DNA of 63,836 nt, filler included, from Octopus bimaculoides (GCF_001194135.2; 5 parts of 5 records of this genome joined end to end with filler, not necessarily neighbours in it); one strand, 5' to 3'; counted from the whole stretch's first letter, positions 40,506-54,084 are shown. Numbers and translations are program-made. Notes: generated by a model from the sequence alone, not told the origin.

Positions 40506-41641
40506 CGTGCGTGTGCGTACTTGTATAGATATATATATAGAAGTAAATGTACAATTTACGAACATTATTTTGGACCACCGATCCCAGAGAAACAGCTGTT
40601 GGATATGTAGTACTTTTCTTCAATACCTTTTAGGACTTAATATCATTTCTATTCTGTGTAAGTCATGCCTTTTTGTATTGGAAACATTCATACATCGTTT
40701 GTATTTCATGTATATAATATACTTTGTTTGTATTTCATGTATTTAATGTACTTTGTATATTGACCTGCCTAACTTGCTTACCCGTACCTTTACTTCTCTA
40801 TCCGCTCAAGTTTAAACCGCTTGTGTATTCTATACGGAAAATATTTGATTCACATCTATGAACTATATATATCGCTGCTATTATGCTAAACTGTCGTATG
40901 TCCAAATTTGGCCAACTTGTTTTTGTTTTTTTTTTTCAATATTTATTTTTGCTCGCAATAGCCGGTTCTTTCGGTTAAACTATCATATCACCAGTTGCTT
41001 TAGCTGCCAAGATAACAACAATTGTTAAAGTATAGTACAACGATTTTGGTATGGAATGGTGAAACTATTTTTTTATTTTCTGAAAAAGCAACGTTTTGGA
41101 CTTACAACAGTTTTGCATAATAGCAACGGTATATGATATATNNNNNNNNNNNNNNNNNNNNNNNNNNNNNNNNNNNNNNNNNNNNNNNNNNNNNNNNNNN
41201 NNNNNNNNNNNNNNNNNNNNNNNNNNNNNNNNNNNNNNNNNNNNNNNNNNNNNNNNNNNNNNNNNNNNNNNNNNNNNNNNNNNNNNNNNNNNNNNNNNNN
41301 NNNNNNNNNNNNNNNNNNNNNNNNNNNNNNNNNNNNNNNNNNNNNNNNNNNNNNNNNNNNNNNNNNNNNNNNNNNNNNNNNNNNNNNNNNNNNNNNNNNN
41401 NNNNNNNNNNNNNNNNNNNNNNNNNNNNNNNNNNNNNNNNNNNNNNNNNNNNNNNNNNNNNNNNNNNNNNNNNNNNNNNNNNNNNNNNNNNNNNNNNNNN
41501 NNNNNNNNNNNNNNNNNNNNNNNNNNNNNNNNNNNNNNNNNNNNNNNNNNNNNNNNNNNNNNNNNNNNNNNNNNNNNNNNNNNNNNNNNNNNNNNNNNNN
41601 NNNNNNNNNNNNNNNNNNNNNNNNNNNNNNNNNNNNNNNNN

Positions 41642-41716
<75 letters not shown>

Positions 41717-42574
41717 CATTTCGAGCCTTATGCCTAGAGTAGAAAAGAATTTATTGATGCATTTGGGCCAAACAATTTCAAAAGGATATTTAAAAAATAT
41801 TCAAAGCTCTGTACAAATTATTCAGGGTTCAAAACATTGCTTACTTTTTACTCAACCTGATAAATCTTTTATATATTTTAACGGTGGAATAGGAAGTAGA
41901 CAGACCGACAAATAGAAACTCGAACCTACATTTTCTAGGAACATGACCAAAGCAGTCAACCGAATTCCTACCCCCGCTCCATTTTAGAAGGTTTGATCTT
42001 TGCGAAAATTATGTTTTTGACACTATAACAATTTAAAAACTTCGAAAGACGGGAAAGTAAACGTGTTTTTTTTTTTCTAACATTGGAACGCGAAGTACAC
42101 AAAGTTATAGGGTAAATTTAGGGTTAAAAATCGCCTTCGTTTGAAATTGTCGAAGGCTAATTTAGTAATTTTGACTTGACAAACAATCTAATAATACTGT
42201 ATTTATCGACCTTGTAATTCATAGCATAGAGAGCCGCAACAAATATCACAAGATATTCTGTTTGACAATATAACGATTCTACTTATTTGCCATAATTACA
42301 TTAGCTGGTGTGTTCATTTTTAGTTCAGCAAAGTGTAATTTCAGATGGTTTTGATTGTTATTTCAACATGTTCAGGCAATTGCGTAGATGTTTATTGCTT
42401 GGTTAAAAGGAAATTACGATGAGCAATATGATAAGCAATATGGCTGAGGGAAATCATTTCCGGTGGGTGCTTTGTGTATTTAATACATATGCTGAAGAGT
42501 GTCACATATATAATCTCTTTAAACTCACTGGATTACATGCGTTTATCAAAAAAGGTAAGTATTCCTTACATAGG

Positions 42575-42844
42575 TGGAGACGCGTGGCTTAGTGGTTAGG
42601 GTGTCAGCATCATGATCGTAAGATTGTGGTTTCGATTCCTGGACCGGCCGACACGTAGTGTTCTTGAAGAAAAAAACACTTCGTTTCACGTTGCTCCAGT
42701 CCACTCAGCTGGCAAAAAGGAGTAACGCTGCGATGGACTGGCGTCCCGTCCAGCTGGGGAACATATACGCCATTGAAACCGGGAAACCGGGCCCATGATC
42801 CTGGCTAGGCTTTAAAAGGGCGCATTTATTATTTATTATTATTG
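42575..42844 (+). mobile_element. tRNA-derived SINE with a distinct body (Meta-SINE-like), 10-bp TSD
   Basis: A-box TGGCTTAGTGG, B-box GTTTCGATTCC, body ctgcgatggactggcgtcccgtccag; TSD cttacatagg at 42565-42574 and 42845-42854. Confidence 0.8.
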
Positions 42845-43708
42845 CTTACATAGGAGATTTGAAAAGAAATATGTTCGTTTCTGCTTGTGTCACTGAGTCA
42901 GCCAAGCAGCACATGGGTAGAAACACTAGAACGTTAGAACGGATACAGTACCATGCAGTATTCGTTTTGGTTTTCTTCATTCTGAGTTCATATTCTTCGA
43001 GGTAAGCATTGCCTTCCGCCCTTTCGGAATTCGTTTATAAAGTACCCGTATAATATTTGAGTTGCTACTTCTCTCATTCTATTTCTTCCTATACTGAACC
43101 TGTAATTCAAAAGTTTCAGTGTCATCACAAAATGTTACACTGGTTCGGCTAGAAAATTATGTTAACGATACACGTGCATATGTGGGATGCTCGGTGATTT
43201 ACACTTTAATTTAACGAATAAGAATTTCGTTAATCAAACAACTTAATGCTCATCGTTGAAACTGATAGAAAATCCAAATGTAGGTTGATTTAGTTGATTG
43301 TACTTATCTGTTAATGCTTGATGATGATAGTTAACTCCTGGTCGGCACTGGTCTTGCAAACAAATATTCGAAACCTGTACAGTTAGTAATGATAATTCCT
43401 TTATTGACCATTATCGTCAGAAACAAGACTATCTAGAACAATGATCTGATGTGTTTTACATTTTTAGGATTACAGGATGTGATTTGAAGACATTTTGGTT
43501 ATTATTTCTTGAAAGTTAGACGACAATATAAAGAATTTATCGTATGTTTTGCTGTTACCGGTATTGTTATTGTTGTTTTACTTTGCTGTGTGCAAATTGA
43601 CCGGAAAAAAATTATTCAGATCAAGATTATGCACCGAGTAATGCTCTGTCTATTAAATCATATAGCTTCCACCAAAATAACATACCTGAACGCTCCATCT
43701 CCCTCTTC

Positions 43709-43783
<75 letters not shown>

Positions 43784-44849
43784 GCTAGCTAGCTAGCTAG
43801 CTAGCTGTCTGTCTCTAATATCCATTTTTTGAACAGGAATGAAAGAGTTGTTATGCTTAGCCTTTAGTCTGCTTCAAGAATCATAACTGAGATAACACCT
43901 TAATGTCATAAGAAAGTGACTTCAAAAAGACGGTCAGCTGTAATTGTTGTTAACCTTGTTGCTAATGATGCTCTTGATATTATTAAGGTTACTGCTCTTG
44001 CTATTACTGTTGCTGCAGCTACTACTGTTGTTATTGCTATTGTAGCTGTTCTTGATGCAACTGCTATTTTTGTTACTGCCCTTGTGACTTTTTTTTGCTG
44101 CTACTGTAGATATTGCAATTGGCGCTACTGCGACAGCATATTGCTACTGTTGTTGTGCCTACTGCTGTTCCTGCGGCTACTGATATACTTGCTGTCTTTG
44201 TAAGCTTTGATCGAACTGACCTAACATCTGATGTATTCCAGTCGTGAAGAACCTCTCTTTTTCTATATCAGTGATTTCATTATCCAATGTGTCGTTTTAT
44301 TATTAAAGATGTCGGATACAATTTAAGGGTTATTTGGCCATATTTTAGTTGGTCTAGAAAACTATTAATGTAAGCTCAAGGTCTAGTGCGTCGAGGTGGC
44401 AGAATTGCTAGCACGCAGGACGTGTGAGTCATAGAATTAGAGGTGATTTCAGGAGTGCTGGGAAATATCTCAATATGTATATTCAGCGGTTAACTGAATC
44501 GCAGAAGAGTAACAATATTGACGAGGATGAAATCTAATGGTGAAACCTGTCGAGATTTGTCTCCCTTAATTGTCTAAAAAATTTTAATCAACTTATAATG
44601 TTTTTCCTTTTAGCAGATCATAAACGATCCGCCTTATGAATTTAGTAGTTGAAAAGATCAATTTGCTAAAGTGTAACACTGAGATGGCCATTTAGGAAAT
44701 TAACAACTATTGTTCTGTCATTGTTTCTCTTTCAAATTATGTGGAATATCGAAATGACTGGAGATGAACGCCATGGTTCTAGTGGTTTCGATGATGATAG
44801 TGGAGGTGGTGGTGGATGATTGATAGAGGTGATACTGCTTCTAGTGATA

Positions 44850-44897
<48 letters not shown>

Positions 44898-44997
44898 NNN
44901 NNNNNNNNNNNNNNNNNNNNNNNNNNNNNNNNNNNNNNNNNTTAATTAATTAANNNNNNNNNNNNNNNNNNNNNNNNNNNNNNNNNNNNNNNNNNNN

Positions 44998-45385
44998 GGA
45001 CATAATGGAAATTAATACGCATAAGTCAAATGTTGTTACATCACTACACCACATATGGAAAATGACATCGCTTCGCACGCCTGTGTTTTTCCTAAACCTT
45101 GCACCATAACACCCTCAAGCATTTCAGACCCTACTGCTCTGATTTCTCTATTGATGTTCTCCTTCAGTTGCAGCAGGGTCTCCGGTTTGTTGACATAAAA
45201 CCTCTCTTTCAGGTATCCCCACGAGAAAAGATTCGGGCTAGTCTAGTCTGGGGAACGCGAAGGCCAGTTGACATTGCCGTAACGAGAGATTATTCTCTCT
45301 CCAAATCACTGTCGTAGCAACTGCATTGTTTCTGTTGCGGTATGAGCAGTTGCCCCACCTTGCTGGAACCATGTGTGAGGTCTAC
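44998..45385 (-). mobile_element. Tc1/mariner transposase remnant with DD41D-like spacing
   Basis: WFQQGGATAHTA...WPSRSPD*TSPNLFSWGYLKERFYVNKPETLLQLKENI. I count 41 residues between the second and third catalytic positions, both of which are mutated. Confidence 0.8.
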
Positions 45386-45388
45386 TTT

Positions 45389-45545
45389 GAATGACCTTCA
45401 CGTTCCCCAAACTTGACTATCTCAGAAAGATAGGGTTTACGTCAACAGACCGGAGTCCCTGGTGCAACTGAAAGAGAACATCAATACAGAAATCAAAGAA
45501 GAGGGGTTTGAAACTCTTGAGGATGTTATGGGGTGCAAGTTTTGA
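45389..45545 (+). mobile_element. Second, inverted, diverged copy of the same transposase C-terminus
   Basis: PSRSPNLT...KDRVYVNRPESLVQLKENINTEIKEEGFETLEDVM; aligns by eye with the adjacent minus copy, with an internal deletion. Confidence 0.75.
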
Positions 45546-46282
45546 AAAGAGCACTTGCTTGTCTTATTCATTAGACTGCGGCCAAGGTGTGTGTGTGTGC
45601 GTGCGTGCGTGCATACGTGCATATATATGTATGTATACGTTCGTATATGTCAGTATTCGTATTGATGTATATATATATTTGTATTTATGTGCTATTTGAG
45701 TGTATTCCACTGATGAAGGCAGAGCATTTCTTATGCAGAGCCATTACTGGAATTATCGCAGTAATTTTTTTGCTAGTTTATTTTGTCTTTTGGCTTCTCT
45801 CCTGGGGCTGTATGAACATTTAATGTGGTTTTAGAGTCAAAGTTTGACTGCTATTTCAAGCATGGTGGTATCTCTTAGATACCCTAAATTATAAGTTTTA
45901 TAAGTTTTATGATAATTATTACCTTTGAAGTTTTTATTCCCCTGCTGGCCACCTGATAAGATCGGGTATTTTGAATAACGATCTTATCCTTATTTATATA
46001 AATACATATCGTTGTGTATGTATGTATATTTGTGTGTATTTCTATAGTTTGAAGCTCTGTACACTGTGTCGCACCTTAGGGAAGTGTCTTCTTCAATAGC
46101 TTCGTGCATGACAGGTAGAGAGCACGAGAGAGATGTAAATAGAAACAGAACAAATACAGTTATTTTGCAATTTAGCTCGTTAGCTAGATAGAAACTGTCA
46201 ACTGAGCAAGATCAGAACGAATGAAAAAATTTGTTTTCAAAGCAAAGTAATGTTTGCACTTGTAAAGAAACATTTAACTCAC

Positions 46283-46446
46283 CTTAAAGTCTCTTTTATC
46301 ACAGATCTCAGGTAAGACATTGATCGAATATCAGCTGATAATGTCTCTGGACTCTGACCAAAGTCTTTGACTTCTGCGTAAAGTTTCTCTTGAACGTGTT
46401 GGTTTTTTGATAATTGGTACAGCAGAAATGCAAGACTGTGGCCTGT
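46283..46446 (-). CDS. Cytochrome P450 exon covering the I-helix end and J and K helices: TGHSLAFLLYQLSKNQHVQEKLYAEVKDFGQSPETLSADIRSMSYLRSVIKETL(R)
   Basis: Acceptor ttttatttcaccag (phase 0, matches the previous donor and gives DT|T) and donor AG|gtgagt (phase 2) within the ExxR motif KETLR. The L...P.VQEKL..EV-type J-helix pattern is present. Confidence 0.93.
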
Positions 46447-46702
46447 CTGGTGAAATAAAAATGTCATTAAACAGAAGTACAAAGCATTCTTAGAGTAATC
46501 TTACGCAGATGAGAAAAAGAAAAACAACTCAACGAAAGTAAGCTAGTTAGACTGTCATAAAACCTATAAGCAGTCACTTGATCTATTAAAAATGGACATC
46601 AAAATATCACCCCCATATCATATTCTACCGCATTGAAAGGCAGACATCTTAGAACATGAAATTCTAAACACATTCTATCCAAAAATACGTGATGAATACA
46701 TA

Positions 46703-47095
46703 CCTTTTACTTGTTTCAGTCATTAGACTGCGGCCATGTTGGAGCACAGCCTTGAAGAATTTTTAGACGAAAGGATCAACACCAGAACTTATTTTTTTAA
46801 GGCCTTGTACTTACTCTATTGGGCTTTTTTGCCAAAACCGCTAAGCTACGAGAACGTAAACACACCAACACTAGTTGTCAAGCAGTGATGGAAGACAGAC
46901 ACAGGCACAAAGACACACACACACACACACGCGCGGTTTTCTTTTAGTTTCCGTCTAACAAATCTACCCACAAGGGTTTGGTCGACCGGTGGCTGTAGTA
47001 GAAAACACTTGCCCAAGATGCCATACAGTGGAACTGAACCCAGAACCATGGAGCTGGGAAGCAAACTTCTTACCAAACAGCCACACCTGCACCTA
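46703..47095 (-). mobile_element. SINE-B, full length, in a P450 intron
   Basis: Homologous to 9880-10290. Confidence 0.8.
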
Positions 47096-47679
47096 GCCAC
47101 ACTGCCACTCCCAGAAATTCTTTGTTCAATAAGTCTAACAAATTACAGCAGTCACAAACCAATCAAGTTACCGCAATGTCAGGCGTAGGTAACCTCTTTT
47201 CGAGCAGCGGGCCTCATGGGACATGCCTCATTATCAGGTGGGCCGCAGTACTAAAAAAATTCAAGGTAAATTCATAGAGTTCTGAGGTCTGCAGTTTGCC
47301 CATGATTACTTAATGCCATCATTCGCCTTGCTGGATATAGTAGAGTAATTTGCCTCAATTTCCGTCATAAATAGTAAAAGAATCATCGAGCCAACGAGGG
47401 ATAGTCGTTACAGCAGTCAGATAGAATTTTGAGGTAATCGTTCAGCTCTCTGCACTCAGAGAGTTCAAATCCCTCGGAGCTCAAATTTGCCTTTTATCTT
47501 TCCAGAGTAATTCAAAAGGTCACACTCTGGCTCTGCCTCAGAATTAGGTGTTTCTAGAATGCTACTTACAGGTTAATTCAAGAGCAGGTTATTTGGTCGA
47601 TCAAACAACTGAATCCTTATCATTGAACGACACTATCTATCTATCGCTCAATCAATCAATCAATCACTCTATCTCCCGC

Positions 47680-47717
<38 letters not shown>

Positions 47718-49175
47718 NNNNNNNNNNNNNNNNNNNNNNNNNNNNNNNNNNNNNNNNNNNNNNNNNNNNNNNNNNNNNNNNNNNNNNNNNNNNNNNNNNN
47801 NNNNNNNNNNNNNNNNNCTATCTATCTATCTACCTATCCATCTGTGTACGCGTGTCTATATATTCTAAAAATAATCTCAGTATCAGTCTCACTAGATTAT
47901 ACACCTCAACTGCAAAACTTGAACACTTTGCCAAACAGCGCTCAGAGAAACTCGAATTCACTTAACACGTCCTGATTTTGTAAAAGTACATCTAACACAA
48001 GATGTAACTTTGTAGTAATACAGCTAAATTCCCTTCATAACACAAACAACTAACACAAACACATATATCTCACAAAGCCAAAAACAACAACTCTTTCCTA
48101 GACACCACTCTGTTTCACACACACACACACACACACAACATTTCCTTAGGCCACCTACCAATTATTATCTCAGCACATTCACAGATCAATGAAGAAAGGA
48201 AAAATACGTTTATTCACTTCAAAAAAATCGCATGGGACGTGTTCCATCATGAAACAGAATCAAAGTTTTCTGAAATCAATAACATTACAAACCACCAACA
48301 TAGACACTGTAGTACGTACAATACAATGAAATAATTAAGAATGAGTCCAACACGTCAGCATAACAAATACAAAACAAATTTGTACGTTTGAAATAACAAT
48401 CTCGCTATATAAGGGTGAAAACCTCAAACGCAATACACTTATACCATATTCAATGAAAATAAAGATGAAACGAAGAATGAACGAAGTAAAACGTAGAATG
48501 AAATATAGTAAAGATTCTGGCAAACGTTTGTATTCAATATAAAATATAGCGTAAGATAAAATAAAATAAAATAAAAAATTGTTAACGCCATGCAGATTAA
48601 TTAACGTAGCCGACAACAGCCACATCGCACTGCATGTTAGGAAAGAGAATCTCAGATAACTAACGTATCCACGCCTCGACACCAAATAAACATCCTGATC
48701 GCATATTTAGCTCTCAAATAAGGCAGGTAAACAAGACTATCAGAATACTGATGCGCAAAGTATGTGTGTGTATATATATATATAAACACACATACCTTTA
48801 AACACTTCAAACAATATATACATATATATATATACATGGTCGTCCACATATACACAATAACGCTCATACACACACATACACATACATATATACACGCACA
48901 CATACGGATATGTATGCTCACTCACATATATACACATATACAAATATATGTTCATATAAAAACACGCACGCGTATACATACACAGATGACTGTGTGTGCA
49001 TACATGTATATTCACATATCGCCTGAGGAGGAAACAAAACGAGATCTCATAATGCAAGAAAACGGGTGCATAACCAAGTACCTGCTAGACCGGAGAACTA
49101 CGTTGCATGGAAACAATTGTAGTGATTAAAAAATAAATGTCCAGCCGTACTCCTTGTTGACTCCAAATTTTTTCA

Positions 49176-49239
<64 letters not shown>

Positions 49240-49941
49240 CAAGGTGTGTTAAAAAGTATCCGGCTTTATATTTTTTTTTCGCCAAAACTAATTATGTGTG
49301 GGCAAAATACTTTGNNNNNNNNNNNNNNNNNNNNNNNNNNNNNNNNNNNNNNNNNNNNNNNNNNNNNNNNNNNNNNNNNNNNNNNNNNNNNNNNNNNNNN
49401 NNNNNNNNNNNNNNNNNNNNNNNNNNNNNNNNNNNNNNNNNNNNNNNNNNNNNNNNNNNNNNNNNNNNNNNNNNNNNNNNNNNNNNNNNNNNNNNNNNNN
49501 NNNNNNNNNNNNNNNNNNNNNNNNNNNNNNNNNNNNNNNNNNNNNNNNNNNNNNNNNNNNNNNNNNNNNNNNNNNNNNNNNNNNNNNNNNNNNNNNNNNN
49601 NNNNNNNNNNNNNNNNNNNNNNNNNNNNNNNNNNNNNNNNNNNNNNNNNNNNNNNNNNNNNNNNNNNNNNNNNNNNNNNNNNNNNNNNNNNNNNNNNNNN
49701 NNNNNNNNNNNNNNNNNNNNNNNNNNNNNNNNNNNNNNNNNNNNNNNNNNNNNNNNNNNNNNNNNNNNNNNNNNNNNNNNNNNNNNNNNNNNNNNNNNNN
49801 NNNNNNNNNNNNNNNNNNNNNNNNNNNNNNNNNNNNNNNNNNNNNNNNNNNNNNNNNNNNNNNNNNNNNNNNNNNNNNNNNNNNNNNNNNNNNNNNNNNN
49901 NNNNNNNNNNNNNNNNNNNNNNNNNNNNNNNNNNNNNNNNN

Positions 49942-49944
49942 TAT

Positions 49945-49975
<31 letters not shown>

Positions 49976-50139
49976 ATACATATATATAATACATATATAT
50001 ATATACATACATATATATATATAATGCATATATATATATATATATATATACACATACATATATATACATATATACATACATATACATACATATAGATACA
50101 TACATATATATATATATATACATACATATATATATATGC

Positions 50140-50172
<33 letters not shown>

Positions 50173-50290
50173 CATATACATACATACACACATATATATA
50201 TTTACATATATATATACATACATATATACATACATATATACATACATACATATATACATACATACATATATGCATACACATATATATGTT
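49942..50290. repeat. Long interrupted (TA)/(TACA) array, representative of dozens of TA, CA/TG, GA, ATAG, AAT and GAT tracts across the window
   Basis: Directly visible; most N gaps begin or end in such arrays. Confidence 0.9.
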
Positions 50291-50606
50291 TAATGTTCCA
50301 CTCGTTTCAGTCATTGGAATCCAGCCATACTGGGGCATCGCCTTTATAAGCTTTGTGTTGATAGCGTTTATTTGTAATGTTTGTGAAATTAAGGTCGGCA
50401 ACAAGTCGCTTCCCTTTGTAAGCAGCTCCCTCGTTGAGTCGCAGCGGATGTATTTTATGTGTTTTATACAGCTTTTATGGCTCACTCTTCCTTCATTTGA
50501 CAGTTGTGGACCAAGAACTACATTACGTCACACGTTGTTTAATGAAAGGTATAATTAATTAGTATAAATAATAGGAAAAAAAGAAAACAGGAAGTACAAT
50601 CCTTAC

Positions 50607-50754
50607 CGTGTCTACACTTGCGAAGAGCATGTCGCTGATAAAAACAATAAATTCTTCGTCATCTAGAGGCAGAATAGGTCGGAGCAGAGGCGCATCATGG
50701 ACTGTTAAGGAATTTTGAAGGATAACTGATGCTCTTGAATAGACTTTTGATAAA
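50607..50754 (-). CDS. Cytochrome P450 exon ending in the I-helix: LSKVYSRASVILQNSLTVHDAPLLRPILPLDDEEFIVFISDMLFASVDT
   Basis: Donor ACG|gtaagg (phase 0) directly after DMLFASVDT, the AGxDT equivalent, at the intron position conserved in mito-clan CYPs. The best acceptor is cttatttatttcag at 50755. Weaker phase-1 acceptors (exon starts 50725 and 50701) make the 5' boundary uncertain. Confidence 0.85.
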
Positions 50755-50836
50755 CTGAAATAAATAAGAATAAACTGAAATAAGCGAAAATAAACAGGCT
50801 CAAGGCAGACTTTGAAGAAGAAGAAGAAGAAGAAGA

Positions 50837-50882
<46 letters not shown>

Positions 50883-51589
50883 GAAGGAGAGCAAGTCACT
50901 GGAGAGGACGCGAAAGCGATGAAAGGATTTTGCTTAACAAAAAGCCGATTGATTATTCATTTAACTAGTACAGTAAACGAACGATCGCTCTGTTATTTGG
51001 TTGGATATTTAACCAATTCATTAACAATAATGATCCTCTCAAGACACAACAAGAACATGTTTTTGATTCTATAAATATATTTAGTGGCGAGATGGAAATC
51101 TTTAGGAGCAGGCATGGACAACCATTTTCGGCAAAGGGTCTGCATGAAATATATCTCATCAATAGGGGGCTCATACAACAAAAAAGAAATAAGGTTAATT
51201 TTTCGTTAGGCGTATACATTTAGGAGGTCCCAGGAGTCGAACTTTGCCAATGGCAACTTTAGGGAGTCAGCTACAATATCTGCTGTATATGTTTCGTCTT
51301 TTCGTGCTCGGAGCTTAATCCTTAGAACCGTCGATTACGCTTTAGCGGGCGCAATTTCGCTTGACTATATTCATGGAAAATACAAAATCGGGCAACCACG
51401 TGGTTTTGTGTTTACGGCTTTGCTAATTGATAGAAACATTTTTCAGTCCTATTTTTCAGTCCTATTTTCATATTTTCAGTCGTAAACACAAACCCATGGA
51501 GCCAACCACTTTTGCGTTTTCCAGTAGTAATATCGAATGAATTCGTGTCTACTGAAGCGTACTCAAGGGTTCAAAGGATCAAATTCCGC

Positions 51590-51895
51590 TACTTCTTTTA
51601 ATCTTTTATTCTTTTACTTGTTTCAATCATTTGACTGCGGCCATGCTGGAGCACCGCCTTAAGGGGTTTTAGTCGAAGAAATCGCCCCCAGTACTTATTC
51701 CTAGTAAGCCTAGAACTTATTCTATCGGTCTGTTTTGCTGAAGTTACGAGAACGTAAACACACCAATATCGGTTTTCAAGCGATGGTGGAGGGACAAACA
51801 CTAACAAAAATACACACACACACACACATATATATATATGATGGGTTTCCTTCAGTTTCCGTCTGCCAAATCCACTCACAAGGCTTTAGTCGGCG
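51590..51895 (-). mobile_element. SINE-B, 5'-interrupted
   Basis: Tail and internal tract homology. Confidence 0.75.
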
Positions 51896-51944
51896 GTCCG
51901 ATTTTATCGAGGGCAGCCATTTTGGGGGAGGGGATAAGCCTATT

Positions 51945-52516
51945 ACTTATTTCTTTACCGCCCACAAGGGGCCAAATATAGAATGGAGAAACAAGGGATT
52001 AAGTCGATCACATTGACTCCAGTACGTAACTGGTACTTAATTTATCGACCCCGAAAGGATGAAAGGCAAAGTCGACCTCGGCGGAATTTGAACTCAGAAC
52101 GTAGCGGCAGACAAAATACCGCTAAGCATTTCGCCCTGCGTGCTAACGTTTCTTATTTCTTTATTGCCCACAAGGGGCTAAACATAGAGGGGACATACAA
52201 GGACAAAGGTATTGAGTCGATTACATTGACTCCAGTGCGTAACTGGTACTTAATTTATCGACCCCGAAAGGATGAAAGGCAAAGTCGACCTCTTCCTGTG
52301 TCAATCTCGGCGGAATTTGAACTCATAACGTAAAGACTGACGAATACCGCTAAGCATTTCGCCCGGCGTGCTAACGTTTCTGCCAGCTCGTCGCCTTCCT
52401 ATTACACCGACCCCTGTGTTTCACTGGTAGTTATTTTATTGACTCCCAAAGGATGAAAAGCAAAGTCGACCATCGGCGGAATTTAAACTCAGAACGCAGC
52501 GACGGGCGAAATACCG
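51945..52516 (-). mobile_element. SINE-A dimer (51945-52395) plus an older partial copy
   Basis: Reverse complement of the same units as 3016-3462, with the same tail-to-head junction near 52151. Confidence 0.85.
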
Positions 52517-53149
52517 ATGATGATGGTGATGATGGTGATGATGATGATGATGACGACATGAAAAAAAAAAACACTTACTATCGTATAGAAGATATCGATT
52601 CACTGAATACCTTCATTGTAGGTGTGTTAATTAATTTATACCAAGGTAACTGTTTTTNNNNNNNNNNNNNNNNNNNNNNNNNNNNNNNNNNNNNNNNNNN
52701 NNNNNNNNNNNNNNNNNNNNNNNNNNNNNNNNNNNNNNNNNNNNNNNNNNNNNNNNNNNNNNNNNNNNNNNNNNNNNNNNNNNNNNNNNNNNNNNNNNNN
52801 NNNNNNNNNNNNNNNNNNNNNNNNNNNNNNNNNNNNNNNNNNNNNNNNNNNNNNNNNNNNNNNNNNNNNNNNNNNNNNNNNNNNNNNNNNNNNNNNNNNN
52901 NNNNNNNNNNNNNNNNNNNNNNNNNNNNNNNNNNNNNNNNNNNNNNNNNNNNNNNNNNNNNNNNNNNNNNNNNNNNNNNNNNNNNNNNNNNNNNNNNNNN
53001 NNNNNNNNNNNNNNNNNNNNNNNNNNNNNNNNNNNNNNNNNNNNNNNNNNNNNNNNNNNNNNNNNNNNNNNNNNNNNNNNNNNNNNNNNNNNNNNNNNNN
53101 NNNNNNNNNNNNNNNTTGGAAAGTAGCAGCCGCGATAATCCAGGGATTC

Positions 53150-53518
53150 GTGGCACTCCGTCGGTCACGACGACGAAGGTTCCAGTTGATCCGATCAACG
53201 GAACAGCCTGCTCGTGAAATTAACGTGCAAGTGGCTGAGCACTCCACAGACACGTATACCCTTAGAGTAGTTCAGCGTGACACAGAATGTGACAAGGCTG
53301 GCCCCTTTGAATTACTGGTACAACAGAAACAGGAAGAAAGAGTGAGAGAAAGTTGTGGTGAAAGAGTACAGCAGGGTTCGCCACCATCCCCTGCCGGAGC
53401 CTCGTGGAGCTTTAAGTGTTTTCGCTCAATAAACACTCACAATGCCCGGTCTGGGAATCGAAACCGCGATCCTACGACCGCGAGTCCGCTGCTCTAACCA
53501 CTGGGCCATTGCACCTCC
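53150..53518 (-). mobile_element. SINE-C, full length
   Basis: Highly similar to 8364-8728. Confidence 0.85.
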
Positions 53519-53545
53519 CCAATTGTTAAGATATTTTGTGTATTA

Positions 53546-53880
53546 TACAGGGTATTCAAAAAGTCTTTTCGCAGTAANNNNNNNNNNAATATTTATAAGA
53601 TGGCATAAGACTACAAAAGAATATATTAGACTTTACAAGACTTTAAAAAACTTTATAAGAGGTTTTGATTGTGTCGTCCTTTATTTTCAATACATAAGTT
53701 GACTCTTCTACACATGTTTCGAAATATATCTTGGAGAGTCTGACGCGGTATGGACCCTGTGGAGGTTATGATTGCGTCTTTTAGCTCATTAATGGTTTTC
53801 GGGCGATTCTTGTATACTGATCCTTTACTTGCTCCTCAGAAAAATAGCCAAGCTGTGTTAAATCAGGTGTTCTTGGTGGC
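53546..53880 (-). mobile_element. Tc1/mariner transposase C-terminal remnant with TIR
   Basis: VYKNRPKTINELKDAII...LQDIFRNMCRRVNLCIENKGRHNQNLL*, with the TIR-like end tacagggtattcaaaaagtc at 53546. Confidence 0.7.
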
Positions 53881-54084
53881 CGTAACAAACGGAGTGCCAC
53901 GATCTTAACAATTTCTGAATACAATCCTTAATGATATTTAATTATAGAAATATAATACTTTCTACTATAGGCACAAGGCCTGAAATTTGGTGGCGGGGAA
54001 TAGTCAATTATATCGACCCCAGTTTTTCACTGGTTCACTAGTTCACAATTTATCCACCCCAAAATGATGAAAGGCGAAGTCGAG

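Noticed and set aside
40560-40623. TYPTAVSLGSVVQNNV, reminiscent of post-ExxR sequence
   Set aside because: No polypyrimidine acceptor, and it lacks the conserved Arg and the G..IP motif.
49020-49115. CTGAGGA...GAAAC (and CTGATGA at about 45710) as additional hammerheads
   Set aside because: I could not build a consistent stem I, II and III; at most these are decayed relics.
49246-50485. Long ORFs in the track (e.g. 397 aa here, 419-490 aa at 60311-61854) and the many IY/CV/HT/ER/poly-residue ORFs
   Set aside because: They are translations of N gaps and di- or trinucleotide repeats.
50965-51219. Short minus ORFs just upstream of the I-helix exon as possible F-G helix exons
   Set aside because: No P450 similarity that I can see and no convincing splice-site pair.
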